A DNA stretch of 64,000 nt from an uncultured Leptospirales bacterium (lineage in GTDB: Bacteria > Spirochaetota > UBA4802 > UBA5550), in contig CAZEPS010000002.1 in assembly GCA_964514165.1 (NCBI GenBank), forward strand, positions 873 to 64,872, written 5' to 3'. Below the pieces are notes generated by a model. It was given only the letters and a program-made list of their open reading frames with translations. It was not told the DNA's origin and searched no databases. The position numbers and the translations under genes were made by a program. Shown piece after piece: positions 18,146 through 27,912 of the stretch (the first letter of the stretch is position 1; the number at the start of each line of letters is the position of its first letter).

Positions 18146-18217
18146 TTTAATGAAAGGCCGGGACAGTCAAAGGGGCCGTCTTGAAAAATATTCCACAGGC
18201 AATCCGCTTTACGGGGA

Positions 18218-18520
18218 TTACGGCCACCCGTATTCATCCATGTCGACCCGTCCGTCAGTTACCCTGATGCCTTCCCCCTGAAGCAAAGAGACCTGCTTTT
18301 CAAAATCGGGCCGCCGGGCCACGCGTCCGTCCTTTCGGATCACCCGGTGCCACGGAAGGGAGTGCTTTTGCGACTGGGAATGGAGGATCCAGGTGACACC
18401 CCGGGCCCCCCGGGGATTTCCCGCCAGGGCCGCAACGGTGCCGTAACCGGTGACCCGGCCGGGAGGTATCTGTTTTATTACGGCGATAACGTTTCGGCTG
18501 AAGGGGTTCATGCCGTTCAA
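18218..18520 (-). CDS. alkyltransferase-like (ATL) protein, MGMT family lacking the Cys acceptor
   Basis: 100 aa. The DNA-binding wing and active-site region read PWHRVI, with Trp in place of the Cys of PCHRV. This substitution is diagnostic of ATL proteins. Confidence 0.75.
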   Translation of the reverse strand: MNGMNPFSRNVIAVIKQIPPGRVTGYGTVAALAGNPRGARGVTWILHSQSQKHSLPWHRVIRKDGRVARRPDFEKQVSLLQGEGIRVTDGRVDMDEYGWP

Positions 18521-18685
18521 TATATATCAAACGGGCATTTTCTGCAAAGAAATTATTTCCAGGGTACTGGAAGAACATCCCCGGGCCTTCGTTCAAACTC
18601 ATCCTGCCTTGTTGTCAGAGTTGAGTTAAGCCGGACTCGCGCGCGTTTCAGACCTTGATCCCATCCCGCGATACGGAAACATTAT

Positions 18686-18796
18686 GGGGACTTCTAAAAA
18701 CTATGTTTTTGAAGTCCCCTTGTGTGCACAAAGTCTGATAAAACCAGCATTTACAATTATAAGGATAATTGTAAATGCTGGTTTTTAGATGTGCCC
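18686..18796 (+). repeat. structured intergenic repeat, family B, copy B1 (hairpin GGGGACTTCTAAAAAC..GAAGTCCCC - CACAAAGTCTGA - hairpin2 - TTTAGATGTGCCC)
   Basis: Near-identical architecture to B2 at 62963. It shares the terminal TTAGATGTRCYC with family A. Located upstream of the + strand gene at 19080. Confidence 0.75.
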
Positions 18797-19079
18797 TTAT
18801 TGAATTTCGAAGCGGCCGGATCAGAGAACGGTAATGCCTGACTGTATTTTTTGTCATGGTAATCTTCAGTTCCACCTCTGCAAAAAGTGTTTGCTTCGGC
18901 ATACAGCTTTGCCGCACAATGGGTTTTATCGGTTCTGCCTTTCGTGCCGCTTCGGATGGGTGCTGCGGCGTAACCGGTACTTCCTGATTGCTTGCAGACG
19001 CATGTAATCGGCATATTCGAACCTTGAATTATATCATGATGGGAAAATAAAAAACCATATCAGCTCGTTAGTATACACC

Positions 19080-20135
19080 ATGATTCAATTCAAAGCCATC
19101 GACGTCGGCCGCGTCATCGTCAGCTCCCACATTCTCCTTCTTCTTGTGCTGATTGCGCCCCGGCTCCGTTCCTGGGACAGGGTCTATGCCGTCATGATCG
19201 GCACCGGCGCCCTGGCGTACTTCCTGCTGCCGGTCATGTACGCCCTTGATGCGAACAGGTTTCTCATGCTCCCCCTTGTCCTGTTCCAGGTGGGAATGAC
19301 GTTCTGGCTCTGGATGTTTGCCTATGCCACAAGGGACCCGGACTTCAGGCCCCTTCCGTGGCACTGGCCTGTTCTCATCATCAAGCTCCTTGTCACAATT
19401 TTCCTGATAAATGCTTACCAGCATCAGCTGTTGCCGTTCATGGTGGATATGCTGATGATCTGGTATTTTATCATACCTGCCCTGTTTTCGCTGATCCTCA
19501 CTGCTGCAGCAGTGATAGTGGCAGGACTGGAGCTTGCCGATGAACTGGATAACGCGGCCAGGAGACTGCGCCAGCTTCTCATCTATTACGGCGCCGCGAC
19601 CATAATCACCGGGATCATTAATTTCCTGTTTTTTAAGGGGCCGGTACTGGAAACAGCGGGCGACTGGCTCACCGTTCTGCTTGGAATAATACTTTTAATA
19701 AATATTCACGTTATTTTTGTTCGATCGTTGTCTCGCAGGGAACCGATTGCCGTTTCGACCGGGAAAGAAGGGGCCCGGGAAATTGAAATCACCGAAGAGG
19801 ACCGGGCACTGGCCGCCCGGATCGAGGAATGCTTTGAGAAGGAGAAATATTACCGGACAGAAGGATTAACCGTTGCCATGCTGGCGCAACACCTGGAGGA
19901 AAAAAAATACAAAATTCGCGTGGCCATCAACCATGCCCTGGGGTATCGAAACTTCAACGCCTTTTTGAACCATTACCGTATCGCCGCCGCTCAGGAAACA
20001 CTTTTATCATCCCCCGGACTCCCGGTATTAAACCTGTCTCTGGACCTGGGCTACCGCTCCCTGGCGGGCTTCAACAAGGCCTTCAAAGAAATCACCAGCC
20101 TCACGCCCACAGAATTCCGCCGTCTGAATCTGTAA
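19080..20135 (+). CDS. AraC-family transcriptional regulator with N-terminal multi-pass membrane domain
   Basis: About 6 TM helices in the first 200 aa. C-terminal AraC-type HTH (GYRSLAGFNKAFKEITSLTPTEFRR). Confidence 0.8.
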   Translation: MIQFKAIDVGRVIVSSHILLLLVLIAPRLRSWDRVYAVMIGTGALAYFLLPVMYALDANRFLMLPLVLFQVGMTFWLWMFAYATRDPDFRPLPWHWPVLIIKLLVTIFLINAYQHQLLPFMVDMLMIWYFIIPALFSLILTAAAVIVAGLELADELDNAARRLRQLLIYYGAATIITGIINFLFFKGPVLETAGDWLTVLLGIILLINIHVIFVRSLSRREPIAVSTGKEGAREIEITEEDRALAARIEECFEKEKYYRTEGLTVAMLAQHLEEKKYKIRVAINHALGYRNFNAFLNHYRIAAAQETLLSSPGLPVLNLSLDLGYRSLAGFNKAFKEITSLTPTEFRRLNL

Positions 20136-20171
20136 ACAGTCCCGAAAAAAATCATCATAACTAAAATAATA

Positions 20172-20195
20172 CCGATAGATTCCGCAATATGGTGG
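20172..20195 (+). promoter_or_regulatory. conserved ~25-bp motif CCGAYAGATTCMGCAATATGGTGG, copy 1 (copy 2 at 21116-21140)
   Basis: Two near-identical copies (22/24 identical) lie 86 bp and 59 bp upstream of two secreted-protein genes. Both are immediately downstream of the membrane-AraC regulator gene. Confidence 0.5.
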
Positions 20196-20280
20196 CGCCT
20201 GGTCTCTGCCAGTGCTATGTTATGGATATCAAGCGAATCAGTATTTTAACAAAATGTTTCACAAGAATCCGGGTGCTACA

Positions 20281-21102
20281 ATGAAACTGATATCGAACAT
20301 CGTAAAGATCGCCCTGGTCGCCGGGTTCATCTGGTCCCTAATCTTTATCCCAGCATGCGAAAGCTCAGATGACGAAGACACCACGGCGTCAACATTGCTC
20401 CTTATGCAGGCCGCAGGGGACTCACCCCTGATTCCGAATCAGGTGATCCTGGACGGGGTGCCGGCAATTACCACGGGATTAAGGGATGTCCGGTACTGTG
20501 AAGTGATCCTCGTGGAAGGGGGCCTCCTGGAGGTGCGGGCGGCCGTATACAATACCATCGGTCACAACCTGTGTCCGGCGGCCGAGTGGGAGGCCCTTTC
20601 CCCTGATCAGATCAAGGCAGACTATGGCGCCCTTGAAGTGGAAATGAACGGGCCCAGGATCTGGACCATCGACGGGGTTCAACAGCCGGGCGGAAGCGGC
20701 ACCCAGCAGGCCGATTTCGGCACTTTGCGGATGAGCCTCCTCGCGATTCTCAAGCCGTCAATTGGAGTGATACTGTCCGGCGAAAATTCCCCCTATGAAC
20801 CCCAGATCGTACAGCGCTCGAATATCTGGACCTGTGACGCAGGCTCTAAAGTCTACGAGCTGGTGGACCCCCGGGGACAGGTATACCGCATGCAGTCACT
20901 GTCGCAATTCGTGGACGAGTCCCTCACCATCGCCTCCCTTGATACCCTCGGCAGCAGGCTTGATATGCCTCAGGGCTGGACCTACCGGGTACGGACCCTC
21001 ACCCAGGACGAAGGTGTTGCGGCCACCGACGGTATCGCCATTGTTATTGCAGATGAACTGCGCAACACCTACCAGTTGACCGATAACATTGTCGATCCAT
21101 GA
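20281..21102 (+). CDS. hypothetical lipoprotein
   Basis: The start at MKLISN has a signal peptide and an IPAC lipobox. No recognisable domain. Confidence 0.6.
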   Translation: MKLISNIVKIALVAGFIWSLIFIPACESSDDEDTTASTLLLMQAAGDSPLIPNQVILDGVPAITTGLRDVRYCEVILVEGGLLEVRAAVYNTIGHNLCPAAEWEALSPDQIKADYGALEVEMNGPRIWTIDGVQQPGGSGTQQADFGTLRMSLLAILKPSIGVILSGENSPYEPQIVQRSNIWTCDAGSKVYELVDPRGQVYRMQSLSQFVDESLTIASLDTLGSRLDMPQGWTYRVRTLTQDEGVAATDGIAIVIADELRNTYQLTDNIVDP

Positions 21103-21198
21103 AAATAAAAAAATCCCGACAGATTCAGCAATATGGTGGTTCCCGGTATTAATATACAGTTATTATAAAAGGAATTCTTAATCAGAAAAGAGGAAGAC

Positions 21199-21699
21199 AT
21201 GAAAAATATCACAATTCTATCACTGTTTCTTGCCATCGTGCTCATCCCGATATTTTCTTTTGGGGACAATTCCTACTCGTCGCTCCAGGGTACGTGGAAA
21301 CTCAACAAAGAGGCGTCCTCCAATATCGATGAACTGCTGAAGTTCCAGGGACGGTCGGGCTTCGAGAGAAGAATCATGAAATCCATGGACATGACCCAGG
21401 AAATTTCCGTGTCAGCAAACGTTATATCCATTACGGTAATAACGTCGATGAAAACAATGAGATACACACTGAACGTCGACGGCAGGGTATACAAGGTTAA
21501 AAACATGCAGGGAGAATATGTCTCCGTTAAATGCACTCCCATTGCCAGCGGCATTCTGATCATAAACGAAGACAAAAACGGCATGAAAACAGTAACACGA
21601 CGGTACACCGAAGGTGACCGCATGATCAACAAGATCACCATAACGTCTCCTGACGGCAAAAGTGCAGCCGCCGAACGGATCTTTGACAGGGTGAAATGA
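21199..21699 (+). CDS. hypothetical secreted protein (lipocalin-like size, low-GC gene)
   Basis: 166 aa with a signal peptide (MKNITILSLFLAIVLIPIFSFG). The local sequence is AT-rich. Confidence 0.55.
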   Translation: MKNITILSLFLAIVLIPIFSFGDNSYSSLQGTWKLNKEASSNIDELLKFQGRSGFERRIMKSMDMTQEISVSANVISITVITSMKTMRYTLNVDGRVYKVKNMQGEYVSVKCTPIASGILIINEDKNGMKTVTRRYTEGDRMINKITITSPDGKSAAAERIFDRVK

Positions 21700-21903
21700 T
21701 TCATTTTGATGATGAGATGACTATACATCAGCATTGCAGCATCGCTGTATTATTTTGTCAGTACCAGTATAGAAATATCATAGATATATCATGTAATGAT
21801 GTATTGAAAAGTATATACAGGTAATTTCATGAAACTATGGCAATACCGGCAGTTTATAAACCTATTTATTGAGGTATTTAAAATCAAATGAGTGAGAATA
21901 ATA

Positions 21904-23157
21904 ATGAAAAAATCGCACAAACCATCTTTCCATAAAGTACCGTATAAGCGGATTGCCGTTGTACTTGTCACGCTGCTTTGTATAGTGCCGGGCTGCGCCC
22001 CGAGAGGAGACTCACCGGCCGGTAAGAGTAAATGGGTCCTTGAAGAGTCGAAGGAGCAGCCGGACTGTGTCACAATCGATAAGGACGTTCCCGTATACAC
22101 GACCGGTGCCGGCGTAGAATACGTCCGTACCCCTGACGACAGGTTTGCTGATCTTCCCGGGTATCCCTTCAAGCCGAATTACGTTACCATTGACGGCCTG
22201 CGGATGCACTATGTCGACGAGGGTCCCCGGGACGGGGAAGTGGTGCTCCTGCTTCACGGTCAGCCGAGCTGGTCCTACCTGTACCGGAAGATGATACCCC
22301 CCATTGCCGAAGCCGGCTGCCGGGCAATCGCCGTGGATCTCATGGGCCTGGGAAAATCGGACAAGCCGGTAGATATCGGGATACATACCTACGAACAGCA
22401 TATACAGTGGGTCAGAGCATTCATCAGGGAATTACAATTGAAAAACATCACCCTTTTCTGCCAGGACTGGGGGAGCCTCATCGGCCTTCGGATTGCCGGG
22501 GACGAGCCGGAACTCTTCAGCCGCATTGTCGTGGCCAACGGGACGCTGCCGGTCTTTAAACAGGGCACGAACCCCTTCAGGGTCCCGAATCCGGTGACCA
22601 TTGACTGCAGTCTGGAAAACCGGCCGCCATGGGGAAACCGGCTGTCGGGGCTGGTGTACAGCAACTACCGGGAGAAGCTCCCCAGGTTCATGCAGATGGC
22701 GATCCGGGTTGTATCTTTTCAGAAATGGATTAACTATGCCTTGACCGCCCCGGATTTCACCCCGAGCCGGATAATTGAATTTGTGACCGTGAGCGCTCTG
22801 ACCCCGGAAGAAGCTGCGGCCTATGACGCTCCCTATCCTTCCATGATTTATAAAGCTGCTGTGCGCACACTCCCTTCCATGGTTGCCGCCATAGAGGAAA
22901 ACAACGTGAAGGCCTGGGACAACCTGACCAGGTTCAAGAAACCCTTTCTGTTTCTTGCCGGCGAAGAGGACAAGAACCTGGGGTCAGAGCAAAACCAGGA
23001 GAGATTCATCAACCATGTGCCTGGAGCACAGGGTCAGGCACACGAGCGTTTTAACGCCCATCATTTCATTCAGGAGGATATCGGCGAAATCCTGGCAGAC
23101 CGGGTTATCGCGTTCATGAAGAAGAACCCTGCGGCGCCTCAGAAACCTTTACCATGA
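21904..23157 (+). CDS. alpha/beta hydrolase, haloalkane-dehalogenase-like, probable lipoprotein
   Basis: HGQPSWSY oxyanion region and nucleophile-elbow region DWGSLIG. N-terminal lipoprotein signal (LLCIVPGCA). Confidence 0.75.
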   Translation: MKKSHKPSFHKVPYKRIAVVLVTLLCIVPGCAPRGDSPAGKSKWVLEESKEQPDCVTIDKDVPVYTTGAGVEYVRTPDDRFADLPGYPFKPNYVTIDGLRMHYVDEGPRDGEVVLLLHGQPSWSYLYRKMIPPIAEAGCRAIAVDLMGLGKSDKPVDIGIHTYEQHIQWVRAFIRELQLKNITLFCQDWGSLIGLRIAGDEPELFSRIVVANGTLPVFKQGTNPFRVPNPVTIDCSLENRPPWGNRLSGLVYSNYREKLPRFMQMAIRVVSFQKWINYALTAPDFTPSRIIEFVTVSALTPEEAAAYDAPYPSMIYKAAVRTLPSMVAAIEENNVKAWDNLTRFKKPFLFLAGEEDKNLGSEQNQERFINHVPGAQGQAHERFNAHHFIQEDIGEILADRVIAFMKKNPAAPQKPLP

Positions 23158-24148
23158 GCTTGCCCCTGTTGCTGCCGTCGAAGAGCATGTTCAGCGCTGT
23201 TGGAGTGTTCTCCAGGCCTTCCACTATGTCCACCCGGTATGTGAGTCTGCCCTCGCGGTACCACCCGGCGATAGCGGCATAGGCCTCGCCGTAGCGGGGA
23301 ATGTAATCGCTGACGATGAAACCCTCCATCCGGGCGCGTTTCGTGATCAGGATCGGTATGTTGCCGGGCCCAGGGGCCGGCTTTTCGTTGTTGTACACCG
23401 TGATGTATCCGCACATCACGATGCGGGCCCCCGTGTTGATGTTCGCCAGCACGGCGTCCAGGATCTCACCCCCCACGTTGTCGAAATACACGTCTACCCC
23501 GCCGGGGCAGAGTTCTCTGATACGGTCACCCATGTTTCCATTTTTGTAATTAATCGCGCCGTCGAATCCGAGTTCACCGGTGAGCCACCCGCATTTCTCG
23601 TCGCTCCCCGCAATACCGATGACCCTCATGCCCTGTATCTTTCCCATCTGGCCGGCCAGGGAACCGACGGCGCCCGCGGCGGCAGAGACCACAAGGGTCT
23701 CCCCCTCTTTCGGCCGGCCGATTTCCAGAAGGCCGAAATAAGCCGTGGGCCCGATAAAACCGAAGAGTGCCAGTACCGCGTTGAGCGGGACCCCTTCCAT
23801 GTCGGGAACCTTGTTAAGGGCCCCGCCCCCGGTGACATGGTACTCCTGCCACCCGAGCATGCCGGCCACAATGTCGCCGGGTGAAAGGTTCGGGTCTTTA
23901 GATTCTTCCACCCTGCCGATGGCCATGCCCCGCATGACAGAGCCGATCTCAACCGGGGGCATATACCCTTCCTGCTCCCGCATCCAGGTGCGGTTTGCCG
24001 GGTCCAGTGAAAGAAAAATATTCCTGACCAGTACCTCCCCTTCGTTCAGGTCACGCACCGGTTCCTCATGCCAGGTGAAGTCCGATTCCTCAACCTTTCC
24101 TTTGGGGCGTTTTGCCAGCAGCCACTGGCGGTTTGTCGTTTTGTTCAT
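23114..24148 (-). CDS. NADP-dependent oxidoreductase (MDR / zinc-free alcohol dehydrogenase family, YncB-like)
   Basis: 344 aa with GAAGAVGS nucleotide-binding motif. It overlaps the upstream gene's 3' end by 44 bp (convergent). Confidence 0.8.
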   Translation of the reverse strand: MNKTTNRQWLLAKRPKGKVEESDFTWHEEPVRDLNEGEVLVRNIFLSLDPANRTWMREQEGYMPPVEIGSVMRGMAIGRVEESKDPNLSPGDIVAGMLGWQEYHVTGGGALNKVPDMEGVPLNAVLALFGFIGPTAYFGLLEIGRPKEGETLVVSAAAGAVGSLAGQMGKIQGMRVIGIAGSDEKCGWLTGELGFDGAINYKNGNMGDRIRELCPGGVDVYFDNVGGEILDAVLANINTGARIVMCGYITVYNNEKPAPGPGNIPILITKRARMEGFIVSDYIPRYGEAYAAIAGWYREGRLTYRVDIVEGLENTPTALNMLFDGSNRGKLMVKVSEAPQGSSS

Positions 24149-24285
24149 ACCAGACCTCTTATAACTGTATGAAAGAATTTATATTCCGTTACTGAAAAGT
24201 ATTTGCTTGAACATGCAGGTACGATTCATCATGTGCTCTATCGTTTGAAATAAATGTACTGTTTTCTTGATAAAATTCAAGCAAA

Positions 24286-24834
24286 ATGACCGGCTGCAAC
24301 GATTTTATACTCATACTCAACGGCGTCATTATCCTCTGCTCCCTGGTTATTCTCTGTTCCATCGTGGCGTACACCCTCATCACCGGTATCTCCCCCATGC
24401 CCTCGACCCGGAAGGCCGTGAATGCCATGGTCGATCTCATCCCGGCAGGGGGGGCCATGGCCGATGCCGGTTCCGGATGGGGGACCCTTGCCATTGCCGC
24501 TGCCAGGAAATATCCTGACCGCAAGGTCGTCGGCTATGAACTGTCGCCGGTCCCCTGGTTTTTTTCAGTGGTGCGAAAATGTATCCTGGGAGTTCACAAC
24601 CTGGAATTTCATAGAAAAGATTTTCTGAAGGCTGATCTTGCCGGGATATCGGTGCTGCTCTGTTATCTCTGCCCCCGGTGCATGATACGTCTTGAGAAAA
24701 AGTTCGTGAATGAGGGATTCCCGGTCAGGATGGCCGTCAGCAGCACCTTTCGCTTCCCCGGGCTGAGAGCGGCTCGCACGATATACGTCAAAGACCGGTA
24801 CCGGACCCCCGTCTATATCTACCGGTTTGAATAA
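24286..24834 (+). CDS. class I SAM-dependent methyltransferase with N-terminal TM helix
   Basis: DAGSGWGTLAIAAA motif I; short 182-aa protein. Confidence 0.6.
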   Translation: MTGCNDFILILNGVIILCSLVILCSIVAYTLITGISPMPSTRKAVNAMVDLIPAGGAMADAGSGWGTLAIAAARKYPDRKVVGYELSPVPWFFSVVRKCILGVHNLEFHRKDFLKADLAGISVLLCYLCPRCMIRLEKKFVNEGFPVRMAVSSTFRFPGLRAARTIYVKDRYRTPVYIYRFE

Positions 24835-25214
24835 AGCAATCTGTGCGTGTAATGTTGGATGACCGGGGTTTGTCCCTCAGTACCCCCGGGCCCCCAGGCC
24901 GCATGCCAGTATCTCGAAAAAGTCGGCCGCCGTCAGGTACCCGTCCGGGGCGTAGACCCTGCCGGGGCGCTATTCCACCCCCCAGTGGTGGGAGAGAACC
25001 AGGGGGTATTTCAAGCGGCAATTCTTACCCTGAATATCCGGTTTCGGTTCCCGCCTATTCGCCGGGCCGGTATCGTGGAAGGTTATGTACATGAATGGGG
25101 CGAATCATACAACATGGAAGAGAACGAAAACTGCCGATGAAAAGGTAAGGATTCATTTCACGTTCATGGGTAATCTCAACGCGGAAGATTGGGCTCTTAA
25201 TTCTACCGGCATTA

Positions 25215-25568
25215 TCAGGCAAGCATCATATTCATGGGTTCCAGAGTTCTTTTAAAGGGATTCAGTACCAGCCCGAGTATCTCAAGGGTAACCACGCCAA
25301 GAAGGGCCTCGTCACCCTCCTCGCCGATTATGACCGGTGTGTACCCATCGCCCTCCGTGATTTCGATATGGCATTCTGAAACCTTTCGAAAAATCTCTCT
25401 GCCATCCGCGAGGATAAACTTCATCTCCCTCTTGGGTGTAAGCTTAATTGTTTCACAGACTGACTTTGGCAGAAGGGTATAGGTCGCGCCGCTGTCTATC
25501 AGGAACTTGACTTTTGAGGTTATACCCGACGGCCCCTTCACGGTGCCTTCTATAAATGTTAAACCCAT
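25215..25568 (-). CDS. retropepsin-like (clan AA) aspartic protease
   Basis: 117 aa. LIDSGAT active-site motif (D-S-G-A). Size is typical for single-domain bacterial retropepsin-like proteins. An AT-rich intergenic region lies next to it. Confidence 0.7.
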   Translation of the reverse strand: MGLTFIEGTVKGPSGITSKVKFLIDSGATYTLLPKSVCETIKLTPKREMKFILADGREIFRKVSECHIEITEGDGYTPVIIGEEGDEALLGVVTLEILGLVLNPFKRTLEPMNMMLA

Positions 25569-25978
25569 GCAGTAACCTGATACCCTGTCTTGAATATAAT
25601 TAAATAGTAGTATCTACTAAGCTATTTCTGAATAGATGTACATTATTCTATTAATGTGCATATAGCTGAGTAGTTACAAATATTAATAAACAGCAACTCA
25701 CGTGAAATATGCATGAGTTCTTAGTGACAGTCAAGTTATTATTTATATCGACCTCTGCAAAAGCGGCTCCGGGTCAGCGGAACCTTCCTGCGATCTGCTT
25801 TTTCTACATCGACGCGTCAGACTTTCTGTCAGCCGCTGATTTACTTCTCAGGCTCAGGCAGTCCTCGATCGCTCGCTAAATTTCGCAAAGGCCTGCATCA
25901 AGTGTTGCACATCTCGGTTGAGATCATGTATCTCAGAATAAATGACAGAGCCTCAGTCCGCCGGCTGCGGCCGCAACC

Positions 25979-27196
25979 TCATCCCTCCCGGATCATATCG
26001 GACTCCCGTACCCTGGTCAAGAGGAAAACGTTCAGAGCCGTCAGAACCAGGAATGCCACCATGAAGGGGGCCATGGAACCGGTCTCGGCCGACCGGAACA
26101 TGTCCATGCCGAAAATGAAGATAATACCCGATATCTGGCCCGAAAGAAGGATAAGCCCCTGGGAGGTGGACTCCGGGGCCGGGTGGCTCAGCTCGGCTCC
26201 GTACTGGAAGCCGATGGGCCCGGCGCTCATGATGAAGAAACCGAGGACGAACCCGGAAACCAGGAGGAGCCAGTAGCTGGTGGCGAAGGTGAGCCCCGCG
26301 AGGCCCGGTATCATGCATACCATGGCCAGGATGAGGAGTGGCCTTCGCCTGCGCATCTTGTCCGATATGGCGGGAAGCACCGCCGCCCCGATAATGCCCC
26401 CCAGCATCATGAGGCCCCCCAGGATGCCGGCCTGCTCCGAGTCGAAGCCCCGGGGATAGATTATCTGTTCGATCCAGGTGGTGACCGCGTTAAAGATGCC
26501 GATACCGATGAAAAAGATCAGAAGTATAATGACCATATCTCTCTGTTTGAAGATGTGCCGAATGCCTTCGAAGACTTTCTGCCGGTAGTCTTCTCCTTCG
26601 CCGTGGGGGGGCGTCGGGGGCTCTTCCCTGATGAAGACCAGGAACAGTACCGCCCCCCCGGCTGACAGGAACCCGTAGAATTTCAGCATGCCGGTGATTT
26701 CCAGCATGGTGGTAAGATAGGGCGTCACCGCCAGGGCGATGGTGATCCCCAGGTACTGGGCCAGGGCCGCGAGGCCGGTGGCCGTGGCCCGCTCGTTTAT
26801 GGGGAACCATTTGGCCCCGAGCTTGGTGTAGGAGTTCAGGATAAAGGGCTGGGCCACCGCGAGCCCCACCTGGGATATCATCACCCCGGTGAAGTCGGAT
26901 CCGTATATCCCCTTGGCGAAACCGAAGACCCCGGTGAGGAGGGCGCCGATGCCGATGCCAATCCGGATGCCGTAGCTGTCGATGATGTATGAGGCCGGGA
27001 TGCACACCACCACGTAGGCGATCATGAAGATCATGGAGAGCAGGCCGATATCCAGGGGGGTGACCCCGTAGAACTCCGCTGCCTCGGTTGTAATCGGCGC
27101 GAAGGTGACCCACTGAATCTGTATCAGAATGTTCAGCACGGCGAACACGAGGAGTACTATCCACCGGTATCCGTAAATCTTGATGGAATCTGTCAT
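25979..27196 (-). CDS. MFS transporter
   Basis: 405 aa with 12 predicted TM segments and an MFS-type loop motif. Confidence 0.85.
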   Translation of the reverse strand: MTDSIKIYGYRWIVLLVFAVLNILIQIQWVTFAPITTEAAEFYGVTPLDIGLLSMIFMIAYVVVCIPASYIIDSYGIRIGIGIGALLTGVFGFAKGIYGSDFTGVMISQVGLAVAQPFILNSYTKLGAKWFPINERATATGLAALAQYLGITIALAVTPYLTTMLEITGMLKFYGFLSAGGAVLFLVFIREEPPTPPHGEGEDYRQKVFEGIRHIFKQRDMVIILLIFFIGIGIFNAVTTWIEQIIYPRGFDSEQAGILGGLMMLGGIIGAAVLPAISDKMRRRRPLLILAMVCMIPGLAGLTFATSYWLLLVSGFVLGFFIMSAGPIGFQYGAELSHPAPESTSQGLILLSGQISGIIFIFGMDMFRSAETGSMAPFMVAFLVLTALNVFLLTRVRESDMIREG

Positions 27197-27216
27197 TGCG
27201 CTGCCCTCCGTTACGT

Positions 27217-27912
27217 TTATTTATAGTGCTGTTTCGCTTCTTCTTTTCGCTGTATCTCAGCGTCCTGTTTCCCCTTCATTATTTTCAAGAGGAGGTCCTG
27301 TATCTCCTGGGGGAGGGTGGTAACCTCTTTACCGGTTGTCAGGCCGTAGTAGTAAACCTTTGCCCCTTTCTCGAGGAGCATGGCGTTGCTCACCGCCTTC
27401 TCCAGGGTGATGCCGAAGGTCAGGGCCCCGTGGTTTTTCAGGAGGTACGCGTTCATCCTGCTGTCGATGCTGGCGGTGATGTTCTCGATGAGCTGGGGGC
27501 TCCCGGAAAGGCCGTAGGGTACTATTTCGATTTTTGTGCCGATTTCGATGGAGACCTCGTCGAACAGGGCCGGAACAGGTTCGCTGATACAGGCGAACAC
27601 GCTGGCGAATATCTGGTGGGTGTGGACAATGGCGTTCACATCCTTCCTGTTTTTGTAGCATGATATGTGCATGGCGGTCTCGACCGAGGGTTTGAGGCAG
27701 TTGTCCTCCACCGGCTTGAGGTCGAAGTCTACCACGCAGATGTCGCTGTTTTTCATGATGGTGTAATCCACCTGGGAAGGGGTCACAGCCACGGTCTCCT
27801 CCCCTTCTATTTTCATGGAGACATTACCCCCCCTGGCGGTGAGGTAGCCCTCGTTGTATAGTTTCATGGCGGCGTCAAGTACCGCCTGCCGGGCTTCGTC
27901 GTATTTTCCCAT
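27217..27912 (-). CDS. class II aldolase/adducin family protein (fuculose/ribulose-5-phosphate aldolase-like)
   Basis: Metal-binding His cluster (HTHQ) and family-typical length of 231 aa. Confidence 0.8.
   Translation of the reverse strand: MGKYDEARQAVLDAAMKLYNEGYLTARGGNVSMKIEGEETVAVTPSQVDYTIMKNSDICVVDFDLKPVEDNCLKPSVETAMHISCYKNRKDVNAIVHTHQIFASVFACISEPVPALFDEVSIEIGTKIEIVPYGLSGSPQLIENITASIDSRMNAYLLKNHGALTFGITLEKAVSNAMLLEKGAKVYYYGLTTGKEVTTLPQEIQDLLLKIMKGKQDAEIQRKEEAKQHYK

Noticed and set aside
25702-25722. GTGAAATATGCATGAGTT as a third copy of the family C element
   Set aside because: It shares only a 10-mer (ATGCATGAGT) and lacks the flanking hairpin arms. Treated as chance similarity.
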